Below are positions 28,617-38,152 of a stretch of DNA of 64,000 nucleotides, in pieces; within the stretch, counting starts at the first letter, position 1; the number at the start of each line of letters is the position of its first letter. The notes under the pieces were generated by a model, which saw only the letters and a program-made list of their open reading frames with translations, did not search any database and was not told the DNA's origin. This DNA is from Fibrobacterales bacterium (lineage in GTDB: Bacteria; Fibrobacterota; Fibrobacteria; Fibrobacterales; JAOPTW01), in the NCBI GenBank assembly GCA_051532035.1, contig JAOPTW010000037.1:15053-79052 (forward strand), in the 5' to 3' direction. The translations under genes and the position numbers were made by a program.

Positions 28617-30145
28617 TTTCACCCATAATAGAGCTTCTTATAGAAAATGCTCAAAGGTACCCCGATAAAGTTGCAATTGTTGAGGGTAATAAATCAGTAA
28701 CCTATAACGAACTTCTGATCCTTGTGAAACGTAAAAGTGCCGTATTAAAAAAAAGTAATATTAATTGCGGAGATACCATATTAGTATATGTGCCAATGAG
28801 TATTGCATTGTATGTGAACTTACTTGGGATTTGGTATAGAGGAGCTGTTGCGGTATTTGTTGACGCCTGGACATCCAAAAATAGACTCGATTATGTTGCT
28901 GAATTTACTCAGAGTAAAGCATTTATAGGGATTCCAAAAGCATTTTTATTCACTGTTTTTTCAAAAAAGGTCCGGGCAATACCGATTAAAATTATGGAAC
29001 GCTCTTTTTTAATGAGTCAGAACTATGATTTAGATAGAGTACCAGAATCGGTTGAGGGAAATAGAACGGCTTTGGTTACTTTTACCACGGGTAGTACCGG
29101 AGTGCCTAAGGGAGCAAACCGTACACATGATTTTTTAATGGCACAACACAATACTCTCAAAGAGCATCTTAAACTCAGTAGTGACGATGTTGATTTAACA
29201 ACATTACCCATATTTTTATTAAATAATTTAGGTATGGGGATTACAAGTGTCATTGCACCAATCAAGCATGCAAAGCCCGAGGCGCTGAGCCCTAAAAAGG
29301 TGATTCACGCAATTCGAAAATACTCTGTGACCACAACAGCCGGGTCTCCAATTGTTTATGAAACCCTTGCTCGGTATATTCAACAAAAGAGTATTTTTAA
29401 TCTCACCCTAAAAAAGATATTTATTGGAGGAGCACCTGTTTTTCCACGTTTAGCCAATACACTTAGGGATAGTTTTCCTTCTGCTCGAATTGAAGTAGTA
29501 TACGGTTCAACAGAAGTAGAACCTATAAGTAGTTGTAGTATTGATTCCGTTATACAGCATTCGGATAACTTATTGGAAAAAGGACTCTGTGTTGGAACTG
29601 TTGATAGCCATATACAACTTGCCGTTGTATCACCAGAGTCAATTTGTAGTACCATGAATGAAAACACCTTTACCACTGCATGTGTAAGCGAAGCTGCCGT
29701 TGGTGAAATATGTGTTTCTGGTAATCATGTACTTTCCTCATATTACAACAACCCAGTAGCAGAAAAAGAGAATAAGATTAATGTGTCGGGAACAATCTGG
29801 CACCGTACTGGCGATTGTGGATACTTATTACATAACACTTTATTTTTAATGGGAAGGTTACAACAAATAATTGTGGTGGATGGGAGTGAATACTTTACTT
29901 TTCCTATGGAACAAGTATTGGCAGAAATTCCAGGAATTAAGCGTGCTACTATTTTACAGAATCAAGGTGATTTACATACAGTAATTGAACCTGTTCCACA
30001 AGCTGATAGATCATTAATAACCCAACAGGTAAAGGCTATAGAAGTGTTGAATACATCTAAAATACATTATAGAGTCATACCCAAAGACCCACGACATAAT
30101 TCAAAAACTGATTACGATTCACTTAAAAAACATTTAGGATTATAA
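28613..30145 (+). CDS. AMP-binding (ANL superfamily) ligase, OleC-like
   Basis: TFTTGSTGVPKG, YGSTEVEP, HRTGD; C-terminal DPRHNSK resembles the OleC D.RHN.K motif. Confidence 0.85.
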   Translation: MISPIIELLIENAQRYPDKVAIVEGNKSVTYNELLILVKRKSAVLKKSNINCGDTILVYVPMSIALYVNLLGIWYRGAVAVFVDAWTSKNRLDYVAEFTQSKAFIGIPKAFLFTVFSKKVRAIPIKIMERSFLMSQNYDLDRVPESVEGNRTALVTFTTGSTGVPKGANRTHDFLMAQHNTLKEHLKLSSDDVDLTTLPIFLLNNLGMGITSVIAPIKHAKPEALSPKKVIHAIRKYSVTTTAGSPIVYETLARYIQQKSIFNLTLKKIFIGGAPVFPRLANTLRDSFPSARIEVVYGSTEVEPISSCSIDSVIQHSDNLLEKGLCVGTVDSHIQLAVVSPESICSTMNENTFTTACVSEAAVGEICVSGNHVLSSYYNNPVAEKENKINVSGTIWHRTGDCGYLLHNTLFLMGRLQQIIVVDGSEYFTFPMEQVLAEIPGIKRATILQNQGDLHTVIEPVPQADRSLITQQVKAIEVLNTSKIHYRVIPKDPRHNSKTDYDSLKKHLGL

Positions 30146-32355
30146 TGATTTCATTTAATACACTCTATAAATTACGCTTTATATTACTTGGCGCTATTTT
30201 AATCGTTCTTGCTGTTGCGTCTCTTTTTTTACAAAACCTTAAAATTGATAATAGCTTTGATGTTTGGTTTATGGATAATGATCCTGCACTCATTAAATAC
30301 AACGAGTTTAAAAAAGAATTCGGTAATGATGAGGCTCTGATAACAGTAATTCAGTTTAAAAATAACCCTATTAATGATTCAACATTTAAAAAATTAGTGG
30401 CGGTAACGAATAGTATTCAAAATGTTGATGGAATATTTAGAATTCAAACACTGAGTTCATACTACGCCGGAGTATCACAACTGCAAAAATTTAATGCAGA
30501 TACTCACAATTTTGAAAAGAATGAACCTATCGAAGATGAGTTACGTAAGCTCATAACAGACTCTGAGTTAAGCAAAAGGTTCTATACTCCTGAGAGTAAT
30601 AGTTTGATACTCTATTCATGGATCGATACCGATGAAAATATTGATAAAAAACGTTCAATTATCATCAATTCCGTAGATAGTATATGTAAAACGTATTTTT
30701 TAGGAGCAGAGGTGCATCATGCGGGTATCGGAGTAGTACTCAACGCTCTTAATGAAGAGTCTATGAAACAGAGTGCATTGTTTATGCCACTATCATATTT
30801 ATTAATTATCATATTTGTATTCTATTTTACTCGAAGTTTTTTGTGGACTGGTATTGCACTACTATCAGTGATACTGACTACAGTGTTTTTATTCGAATGT
30901 ATGGGGTATTTGCACAAACCTCTCACTATGATAACGGTAGCATTGCCGCCGCTCATATTAATTATGAGTGTTGCAAACATAATGCATTTTTCAAGGTATG
31001 TTGCCCTTCATTTTGATGAAAATAACTTTGAACTCACCCTTGATGCTTTTAAGAAAATACTCAAACCTTGTTTGTTTAATGTTTTTACTACTGCCGCTGG
31101 CTTTCTTTCACTTGCTAGTGCCAATATGGGAATTACGAGAGACTATGGGATGTTTGCTGCGATTGCGGTGGTTATTGCTTTTATAAACAGCTTTGTGGGT
31201 GCTTTGCTTGTACTAAAAAAGGTGAGTGTAAATAAAATTGTGGTCCCCAAATTAGCAGGCGCCGAAATGCTTGTGTCATTTTCAATTAGAAATAGTAAAA
31301 AAGTGATTGCTGTTTTTGCCATTTTGCTCGTGATATCAATTATTGGTATTAGTACAATAGTTGTTGATACTTATAGTATAGACTTTTTAAATAAACAGCA
31401 CCCTGTACGAGTATCAAGCGAAGCTATTGAGACCCATTCGGGAAACTATCTACCGATAGAGTTTAATATTCATTTAAATAACAAAGTATTGTATAGAGAC
31501 CCTGCGTTATATGCAGCCTTTAAAGCCATGCATGTCGAAGTAAAAGCAGAACCCTTTGTTGACGCACTTCTTTCACCATTAACAATCTATGCAGAGGTGC
31601 AGAGAATATTTACAGCCTCTGATGATAAATCAGCAGCCGCTTCTATATTGTTAGCAGCAACAACTATGGACAAACAGCTTGATGCAATGGGACTCATAAA
31701 TGGAGATCGTTCATTATTACGGTTTAGTTGCATGGTGCCAATGGCCAGTGCTCGAAGATTAACTGAGTACGGCAATATTATAGAAGGCATTGCGCAACGT
31801 CACTTTACTCAGTTTGGTACTGTATCTAAAACGGGTTACTTACCTTTGTATGGTCGCCTTATAGAAAATATTATTCACGACCAAGTAACGAGCATACTCC
31901 TTGCTTTGGGTGTAATATCTTTTTTAATTTCAATTCTACTTCGTTCCTTCAAGATGCTTATTATAGCTTGTATTGTTAATACTGTTCCCATAATTATGAT
32001 ACTGGGCATTATGGGGCATATTGGGATCTTCCTTGATATAGCTACAGTAACAATTGCCCCGGCCATGTTGGGTATTATTGTCGATGATACCGTACATATT
32101 TTGTTTCATTTAAAAAAGTACCTGTCAGATGGGGAAGAATTTACTCAGGCAATGAACACTATTGCTAAAAGTACCGGGTCAACATTAATAGCGACAACTA
32201 TTATTCTTATTGCAGGATTTGGTATTATTGGATTTGCAGATATCAAGTCAATGTCATACACAGGAATGTTAACAGCAATAACTGCTGGTTTTGCTCTTGT
32301 TACAGACCTTATGTTGCTGCCAGCTATTGGGTATACAATATATAAGAGAAAGTAG
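30145..32355 (+). CDS. MMPL/RND-family exporter
   Basis: Two repeats of TM, periplasmic loop and five TMs; FTTAAGF, GIIVDDTVH; TAATG overlap. Confidence 0.88.
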   Translation: MISFNTLYKLRFILLGAILIVLAVASLFLQNLKIDNSFDVWFMDNDPALIKYNEFKKEFGNDEALITVIQFKNNPINDSTFKKLVAVTNSIQNVDGIFRIQTLSSYYAGVSQLQKFNADTHNFEKNEPIEDELRKLITDSELSKRFYTPESNSLILYSWIDTDENIDKKRSIIINSVDSICKTYFLGAEVHHAGIGVVLNALNEESMKQSALFMPLSYLLIIIFVFYFTRSFLWTGIALLSVILTTVFLFECMGYLHKPLTMITVALPPLILIMSVANIMHFSRYVALHFDENNFELTLDAFKKILKPCLFNVFTTAAGFLSLASANMGITRDYGMFAAIAVVIAFINSFVGALLVLKKVSVNKIVVPKLAGAEMLVSFSIRNSKKVIAVFAILLVISIIGISTIVVDTYSIDFLNKQHPVRVSSEAIETHSGNYLPIEFNIHLNNKVLYRDPALYAAFKAMHVEVKAEPFVDALLSPLTIYAEVQRIFTASDDKSAAASILLAATTMDKQLDAMGLINGDRSLLRFSCMVPMASARRLTEYGNIIEGIAQRHFTQFGTVSKTGYLPLYGRLIENIIHDQVTSILLALGVISFLISILLRSFKMLIIACIVNTVPIIMILGIMGHIGIFLDIATVTIAPAMLGIIVDDTVHILFHLKKYLSDGEEFTQAMNTIAKSTGSTLIATTIILIAGFGIIGFADIKSMSYTGMLTAITAGFALVTDLMLLPAIGYTIYKRK

Positions 32356-32431
32356 TTGTTCAATTATAGGGGTTCTTTATCACCCATGTGGCACATACCG
32401 TGCTTATCATACACAATCACCGCATAACAGT

Positions 32432-32459
32432 ATCTCGACCTCAGAGTGCTCGATACCCA
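32432..32459 (+). repeat. 28-bp direct repeat, right copy
   Basis: 27/28 identical to 19947-19974; 76 nt after the MMPL stop. Confidence 0.9.
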
Positions 32460-32788
32460 TGAGAACTGCTATGAGATCCTGAAAGAGCCACGGAATGCCT
32501 ACGAACGAGAGATTACTGCAACAGGGCTCTACCTTCTCAGAGCACTCTGTAGATTTGTTCGTGTGGATATCATGGGTTGACCAGTGTCAGAGCAGCAATC
32601 TTTGGGATAGTAATGTAACCAAAGGTAAACAATTGGGGTAAATTGAATTAATGTCCTTTGAACACTTTAGATTACAGGATAATTGAATACATTTCTCAAA
32701 CTGTGAGTAGTGGCCTCTGGGGATCAATGAATACCATTGATAGACGTCATTACTAAAATCAATACTCATTAAAAATCGATAGGAAGTT

Positions 32789-33604
32789 ATGAATAGAGAA
32801 TTTGTTGATCTATTACTGTTTTTGGCTATGGCAGGCGTTGTCGTAGCATTTGCTATAAATGCAAAAGCGGCATATAAACGTGCATTTTCAGGTGTGATTG
32901 CACTAACAATCATACTAACTGGAGTTATTGTCTATTATGTGCGTGAATTTAAGCCGACTTTCTCAGAGCATCAGGTTGCTACAACTGAATCATTAGATGT
33001 GGAGGATGAAATTGTTGTCGATGAGCTCGAGGACGTTACCGTTGATAGTGCAGAAAATCAGGAAGCCAATGTAATCACTGAGCCTGAAGAAGCTGAAGGG
33101 AGTACAACTCCAGAAGAAAACATTATTGAGGTAGTCGAGGCTGAATCAGACGAAGAGGTAGCGGTTGAACCAGAGTTTGAAGATAGTAATAGTGATGTTG
33201 ATGAACCCGGTCCTGAACAACAGCTTAAAGCATTTAAGAAAAAAGCCCTTGCTCTCAGACGTGAAATTACTGATGTACACCGAAAAATGCAGAAGTTAGA
33301 TTTACAGGACGTGTATGACATGGAAGATCGTGAGTATAAGAGTTTTGTTAAAGATGCCAACTGGCTCAAAATTCTCGCAGTTAGATATTATAAGAGTGTA
33401 AAAAAATTAGACGTTCCATCAGATGCGAAGAATATTTTTATACAACTCAAAAAGTATGGCTCTCATGTACGATACGCGGGGATCAACCTCTACTCTTTCA
33501 GTAAGGCTGGGGATGAAGATAAAGAGGCTGAACGTGAAGCTAAATTCATAAAATATCGATCGAAAGCATGGAAGTATTACAAGAGGCTTAAAAAACTGCT
33601 GTAA
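32789..33604 (+). CDS. Hypothetical membrane-anchored protein with acidic linker and basic helical C-terminus
   Basis: Two N-terminal TMs, E/D-rich low-complexity stalk, K-rich C-terminal domain; AGGAAG RBS. Confidence 0.75.
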   Translation: MNREFVDLLLFLAMAGVVVAFAINAKAAYKRAFSGVIALTIILTGVIVYYVREFKPTFSEHQVATTESLDVEDEIVVDELEDVTVDSAENQEANVITEPEEAEGSTTPEENIIEVVEAESDEEVAVEPEFEDSNSDVDEPGPEQQLKAFKKKALALRREITDVHRKMQKLDLQDVYDMEDREYKSFVKDANWLKILAVRYYKSVKKLDVPSDAKNIFIQLKKYGSHVRYAGINLYSFSKAGDEDKEAEREAKFIKYRSKAWKYYKRLKKLL

Positions 33605-33626
33605 GGTGTGGTAAATTCAGGCGTAT

Positions 33627-34496
33627 ATGAATTCTACAAATACAACTATTCCCAGAACTTATTTCAGGAAAGAGAGTGCATCACATTTTGAATTGGAAGT
33701 TGTATCCCTTGCTCAGCTAGAGCATAAAATAATAGAGAACTATTCGCCTCGGTTCGAACGAATGGAATTTTATTTATGTATGCATATTACCAAGGGGAGT
33801 GGAGTCCATATTGTTGATTTTACCGAGTTGAAGTATGGACCGGGCTCGACAATTATGGTGTCAAAGTATCAAATTCAAAAATGGGTTACGAATAAACAAG
33901 TAGATGGTTGGGTTGTCATGTTTACTGATGACCTCCTCAATGCGTTACCAGAAGATACCGCGTTACTTTTTGATTTGCACGTAGCCTGTACTCATACCCC
34001 AGTGGTTCTAAATAATAAGGATTTGAATAGCGCTATAACCTCTCTGCAAAACGAGTATGTACAAAAAGATGATGCTGTTCAAAAAACTATTCTTGTATCT
34101 CAATTGCGTGTTATGGTATGCCAGATAATCCGCCAATTACATGAAAAAGCGGGTTCAATATCTATTGCCAATATTGAACTCTACTATAAGTATCGTAGGT
34201 TGTTAGAGGCTGAATTTATTACTTCACGAACGGCTCAGTACTATGCAGAAAAATTGTGTGTGTCATCTAAAACTCTCTCACGAACATTAAAGAGAGTTAC
34301 GGGTGAGACAATAAAGGAGAGCATAGATAATAGAATTGTTCTTGAGGCAAAAAGGCTGTTGTTAACAGGCAATAGAACAACCAAAGATGTCTGTTATGCG
34401 CTAGATTTTGATGAGCCTACTAATTTTGTGAAGTATTTTAAAAGAATCGTTGGTCAAACACCGCAAGGATATCAGCAAGAACAGCACGGTTCTTAA
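33627..34496 (+). CDS. AraC-family transcriptional regulator
   Basis: Cupin-like N-terminus; YYAEKLCVS..TL, LEAKRLL, L.FDEPTNF.KYFKR.VGQTP. Confidence 0.92.
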   Translation: MNSTNTTIPRTYFRKESASHFELEVVSLAQLEHKIIENYSPRFERMEFYLCMHITKGSGVHIVDFTELKYGPGSTIMVSKYQIQKWVTNKQVDGWVVMFTDDLLNALPEDTALLFDLHVACTHTPVVLNNKDLNSAITSLQNEYVQKDDAVQKTILVSQLRVMVCQIIRQLHEKAGSISIANIELYYKYRRLLEAEFITSRTAQYYAEKLCVSSKTLSRTLKRVTGETIKESIDNRIVLEAKRLLLTGNRTTKDVCYALDFDEPTNFVKYFKRIVGQTPQGYQQEQHGS

Positions 34497-34506
34497 AAAT
34501 GCTAAA

Positions 34507-34548
34507 TGTCTCAAATCTACCATCCTCTGTCTTGATCTGACCTGCAGA
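34507..34548 (+). promoter_or_regulatory. Candidate AraC-type tandem half-sites with 21-bp period
   Basis: TGTCT...ACC at 34507 and at 34528, upstream of TGGTATCTTT and the SnoaL-like gene. Confidence 0.45.
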
Positions 34549-34607
34549 CTTAATCTCAATACTGGTATCTTTATAATAGATACATAATTAAAATATTGGA
34601 GATTACA

Positions 34608-35465
34608 ATGAAAACTATCGCAACAGCCACGGCAGCACTGTTCATTACTTTGGGGTGTAGTAGTACCGACAAATCTGTTTCAGAAACAGGTCAGATGAGT
34701 AACAAAGAAAAAGTTGTACGGTTACTTAAAAGTATTGAAACAGGTGAGCATGAACCAATCTCGTACATCAATGCCGAAAAGTATACCCAGCATAATCTTA
34801 TGGTTAAGGATGGGCTTGTGGGTTTTGGTGAGCTCATGGCTCAGTTACCTCAGAACAGTGCTAAAGTGAATACTGTTCGATCATTTCAAGATGGTGATTA
34901 TGTGTTTACCCATACTGAGTATGAATTCTTTGGACCCAAAGCAGGATTTGATGTGTTTCGGTTTGAGGATGGACTCATTGTTGAACATTGGGATAATCTT
35001 GCAGAATTGGCGCAACAACGTAATCCATCGGGAAGAACACAGCTTGATGGGCCTGTTGAAATTGCCGATCTCGAAAAAACCGATGCCAATAAATTGTTGG
35101 TACAACGACTCATTACTGAGGTCCTTATAGAGGGTAAGTTTGAGGCAATGGCTGGCTACTTTGATGGCGATAATTATTTACAACACAATACTCATATTGG
35201 GGATGGACTATCGGGATTGTCCACTGCAATTCAAATAATGGCAAAACAGGGCATAGCAATGGAATATAGGTATCTACACAAGGTGGTAGGTGAAGGAAAC
35301 TTTGTTTTGGCTATCAGTGAAGGCATTTTCGCTGAGAAACCTACTTCATTCTATGATCTGTTCAGAATTGAAAATGGGAAAATAGCCGAACATTGGGATG
35401 TTATTGAGAAGATACTTCCCAAAGAGGATCATCAAAACACTAACGGCAAATTTAATTTTAAGTAG
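34608..35465 (+). CDS. Tandem SnoaL/NTF2-like domain lipoprotein
   Basis: Lipobox TLG-C; two repeats of YxQHN...DG and D.FR.E.G.I.EHWD; GGAGA RBS before ATG 34608. Confidence 0.88.
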   Translation: MKTIATATAALFITLGCSSTDKSVSETGQMSNKEKVVRLLKSIETGEHEPISYINAEKYTQHNLMVKDGLVGFGELMAQLPQNSAKVNTVRSFQDGDYVFTHTEYEFFGPKAGFDVFRFEDGLIVEHWDNLAELAQQRNPSGRTQLDGPVEIADLEKTDANKLLVQRLITEVLIEGKFEAMAGYFDGDNYLQHNTHIGDGLSGLSTAIQIMAKQGIAMEYRYLHKVVGEGNFVLAISEGIFAEKPTSFYDLFRIENGKIAEHWDVIEKILPKEDHQNTNGKFNFK

Positions 35466-35729
35466 AAATACAAGCGTTATACCGTGGTAACATCAGTCAT
35501 TCAGAAATGCTCGATCTATTGTTTAAATAAGGATAAACCAGTCAATAATTGTCTGATATTACATTAATGTCAAAAATACTTGTAGTAGATGATCAGAAAA
35601 TTGTTCATCAATCAATGACCCTTGTGTTAAATAGTGGGCAGTTAGAGAGCGTTTATTGCGCTTTAAGTGCTTGTGTAAGTAATGGCCTACCCTAAAAAGT
35701 AGTTAATTGATTACATAGTGATAAAGGTG

Positions 35730-35758
35730 TTGAAAAGTAAGCGTAAGTGGCGTATACT
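35730..35758 (+). promoter_or_regulatory. Sigma70-type promoter of the signalling operon
   Basis: TTGAAA-17 bp-TATACT. Confidence 0.6.
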
Positions 35759-35819
35759 ATTTAATACTATTTCGGCAAGATAGCGATTGTTGCTATTGAG
35801 TGTAGATGGATTAATAGAA

Positions 35820-37301
35820 ATGGAAAGTACGGCATGTAGCATATTACTTGTTGATGACTCAAAAAGAAATCTTGAAATAATGAGAGAGACTCTTGAGATG
35901 TCGTATATCCTGTTTGAAGCTGAGGATGGAAAAACTGGGATTGAATTAGCTCAAAAAATGAAACCAGATTTGATTTTACTGGATATTATGATGCCTGAAA
36001 TAGATGGGTTTGAAGTAATGGACGCACTGAGAAAAAATCCAAATACTTCACATATTCCTATAATATTCATAACAGCTAAAAGCAGTGAAGAAGATGTTTG
36101 TGAAGGGCTAACCCAAGGGGCAGAGGATTATATTACGAAACCTTTTACTTCCGCGAATCTCAATGCACGAGTCGAAGTCCAATTAAAAGTTAAGAAACAT
36201 CAGGATTACCTTGATTACATGGTAAAAGAAAGGACGCGTAATTATGAGCTTATGCAGCGCGTTCTTATCGAAAGTATGGGGACTATGGCTGAGTGCCGCG
36301 ACCCAGAAACCGGCGGCCATATTAAAAGAACACAGAACTATTTGAAAGCTCTGGCTATGGAGATGAAAGTTACAACGAGCTACGCATCACTTTTAACAGA
36401 ATCATATATTGATATGCTTCATATGACTGCACCATTGCATGATATCGGCAAGATTCAGATAGCAGATTCAATATTGTTAAAACCCGGTAAGTTGACTGCT
36501 GAAGAGTTTGAGATTATGAAAAAGCATGTGCAGTATGGCGTTGAAATACTTGATACTGTTTCAAACAAATTACATGATAAGGACTATTTTACAACGGTAC
36601 GGGAGCTTGTGGGAGGGCACCATGAGAAATGGGATGGCAGTGGTTACCCTAATGGTCTCAAAGGAGAAGATATCCCTCTTGCGGGTCGATTAATGGCGAT
36701 TGCAGACGTATATGATGCATTGATTAGCAAGAGAACCTATAAAGAGCCGTTTTCACAAGAAGTAGCCGTTAAAATAATTAGTGAAAGTAGTGGGAGTCAC
36801 TTTGACCCGGTCATAGTAGAATGCTTTTTACGTATTCAGGAAACATTTCGAAATATTGCACTAACCTATGCAGATTATGATGATGACGTAGTGGGCGCTG
36901 AGGCAGAAAATCATAGTGACCTCGTTCATTCTATACTACTCGTTGATGATATGGAAATAAACCTTGAAATTATGAAAAATCAACTGGAGTCAATGGGCTA
37001 TGCAGTGAGGTGTGCATTGAATGGTGCTACGGCAATTGAAAGTTTTAATAGGGATAAGCCCGATTTAGTACTCACTGATTTGGAAATGCCCGTTGCTAAT
37101 GGATACGATGTCGCTGATGGAATACGTAAAAATGACCAAACGACTCCTATCTATTTACTGACAGCAAATGATTATAATGTTACTAAGGAGAAGTTGGATA
37201 GACACCAATTAAATGGGTATATATTAAAACCTCTTGATGAAACGGTATTAAGAAAAATTATAAGCTTTTCAATTGATAGATCTGTGAAAGGTGGTTTTTA
37301 A
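35820..37301 (+). CDS. Response regulator with HD-GYP phosphodiesterase (REC-HD-GYP-REC, RpfG-like)
   Basis: LLVDD/LLDIMMP receiver; ETGGHIKR, LHDIGK, HHEKWDGSGYP, ADVYDAL; second receiver at the C-terminus. Confidence 0.9.
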   Translation: MESTACSILLVDDSKRNLEIMRETLEMSYILFEAEDGKTGIELAQKMKPDLILLDIMMPEIDGFEVMDALRKNPNTSHIPIIFITAKSSEEDVCEGLTQGAEDYITKPFTSANLNARVEVQLKVKKHQDYLDYMVKERTRNYELMQRVLIESMGTMAECRDPETGGHIKRTQNYLKALAMEMKVTTSYASLLTESYIDMLHMTAPLHDIGKIQIADSILLKPGKLTAEEFEIMKKHVQYGVEILDTVSNKLHDKDYFTTVRELVGGHHEKWDGSGYPNGLKGEDIPLAGRLMAIADVYDALISKRTYKEPFSQEVAVKIISESSGSHFDPVIVECFLRIQETFRNIALTYADYDDDVVGAEAENHSDLVHSILLVDDMEINLEIMKNQLESMGYAVRCALNGATAIESFNRDKPDLVLTDLEMPVANGYDVADGIRKNDQTTPIYLLTANDYNVTKEKLDRHQLNGYILKPLDETVLRKIISFSIDRSVKGGF

Positions 37302-37303
37302 AT

Positions 37304-38152
37304 ATGGACTCTGTTGAAGACATAGAAATGGATCAGCTTATTGAGAGTATATATCGACGATATGGGTACGACTTTAAAGGGTATACCATGCCTTCGCTCA
37401 GAAGAAGGGTTCATGAGTATGTACGGAAATTAAAATTGAATAATATTTCAGATGCTATCTCAGAATTATTAAGAAATGAAGAAGCTTTTGAGCATTTCCT
37501 TTGCTCTATTACCGTATCAGTAACCGAAATGTTTAGAGATCCTCATGTGTATAAAAAGGTGAGAGAATTAATTGTACCAGTACTAAAAACATTTCCAAGA
37601 ATTAATATCTGGCATGCAGGATGCTGTACAGGTGAAGAGGTTTATTCATTTGCAATTTTATTAAAAGAAGAAGGATTATATGAGCGCTCTACTATTTATG
37701 CGACGGATATTAATACTCAATCGTTAAAAATTGCGGCAGAGGGAATCTATCCTATAGAAAATATTGTTCTGGGCTCAGAAAACTACTTGAAGTCAGGGGG
37801 AAGGGGGACTTTGTCTGATTATTACCATGCGAAATATGGAAAAACAATATTTAATCAATCATTAAAAGAGAATATAATCTTCTCTAGTCATAATCTAGTA
37901 CAAGACAGTGCATTTAATCAGATGCACCTTATTATTTGTCGCAATGTTATAATTTATTTTACTAAAAACCTTCAGAACCGGGTTTTTAACCTTTTCTCAA
38001 GTAGTTTAAATCATAATGGACTGTTGCTACTGGGAACAAAAGAGGATTTAAGGTTCTCTCCTGCAGTAAGAGACTTTAGTGTTCTATCGAAGAGTAGCAA
38101 GATATATAAAAAAGTGAAATATGATGACGGTATTGGAAGCTACTCAATATAA
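37304..38152 (+). CDS. cheR: CheR-type protein-glutamate O-methyltransferase
   Basis: YGYDF, VTEMFRDP, IWHAGCCTGEEVYS, ATDIN, CRNVIIYF. Confidence 0.92.
   Translation: MDSVEDIEMDQLIESIYRRYGYDFKGYTMPSLRRRVHEYVRKLKLNNISDAISELLRNEEAFEHFLCSITVSVTEMFRDPHVYKKVRELIVPVLKTFPRINIWHAGCCTGEEVYSFAILLKEEGLYERSTIYATDINTQSLKIAAEGIYPIENIVLGSENYLKSGGRGTLSDYYHAKYGKTIFNQSLKENIIFSSHNLVQDSAFNQMHLIICRNVIIYFTKNLQNRVFNLFSSSLNHNGLLLLGTKEDLRFSPAVRDFSVLSKSSKIYKKVKYDDGIGSYSI

Noticed and set aside
32291-32913. ORFs 32291-32482 (+) and 32587-32913 (-)
   Set aside because: They overlap real genes; the region looks like decayed repeat-containing sequence.
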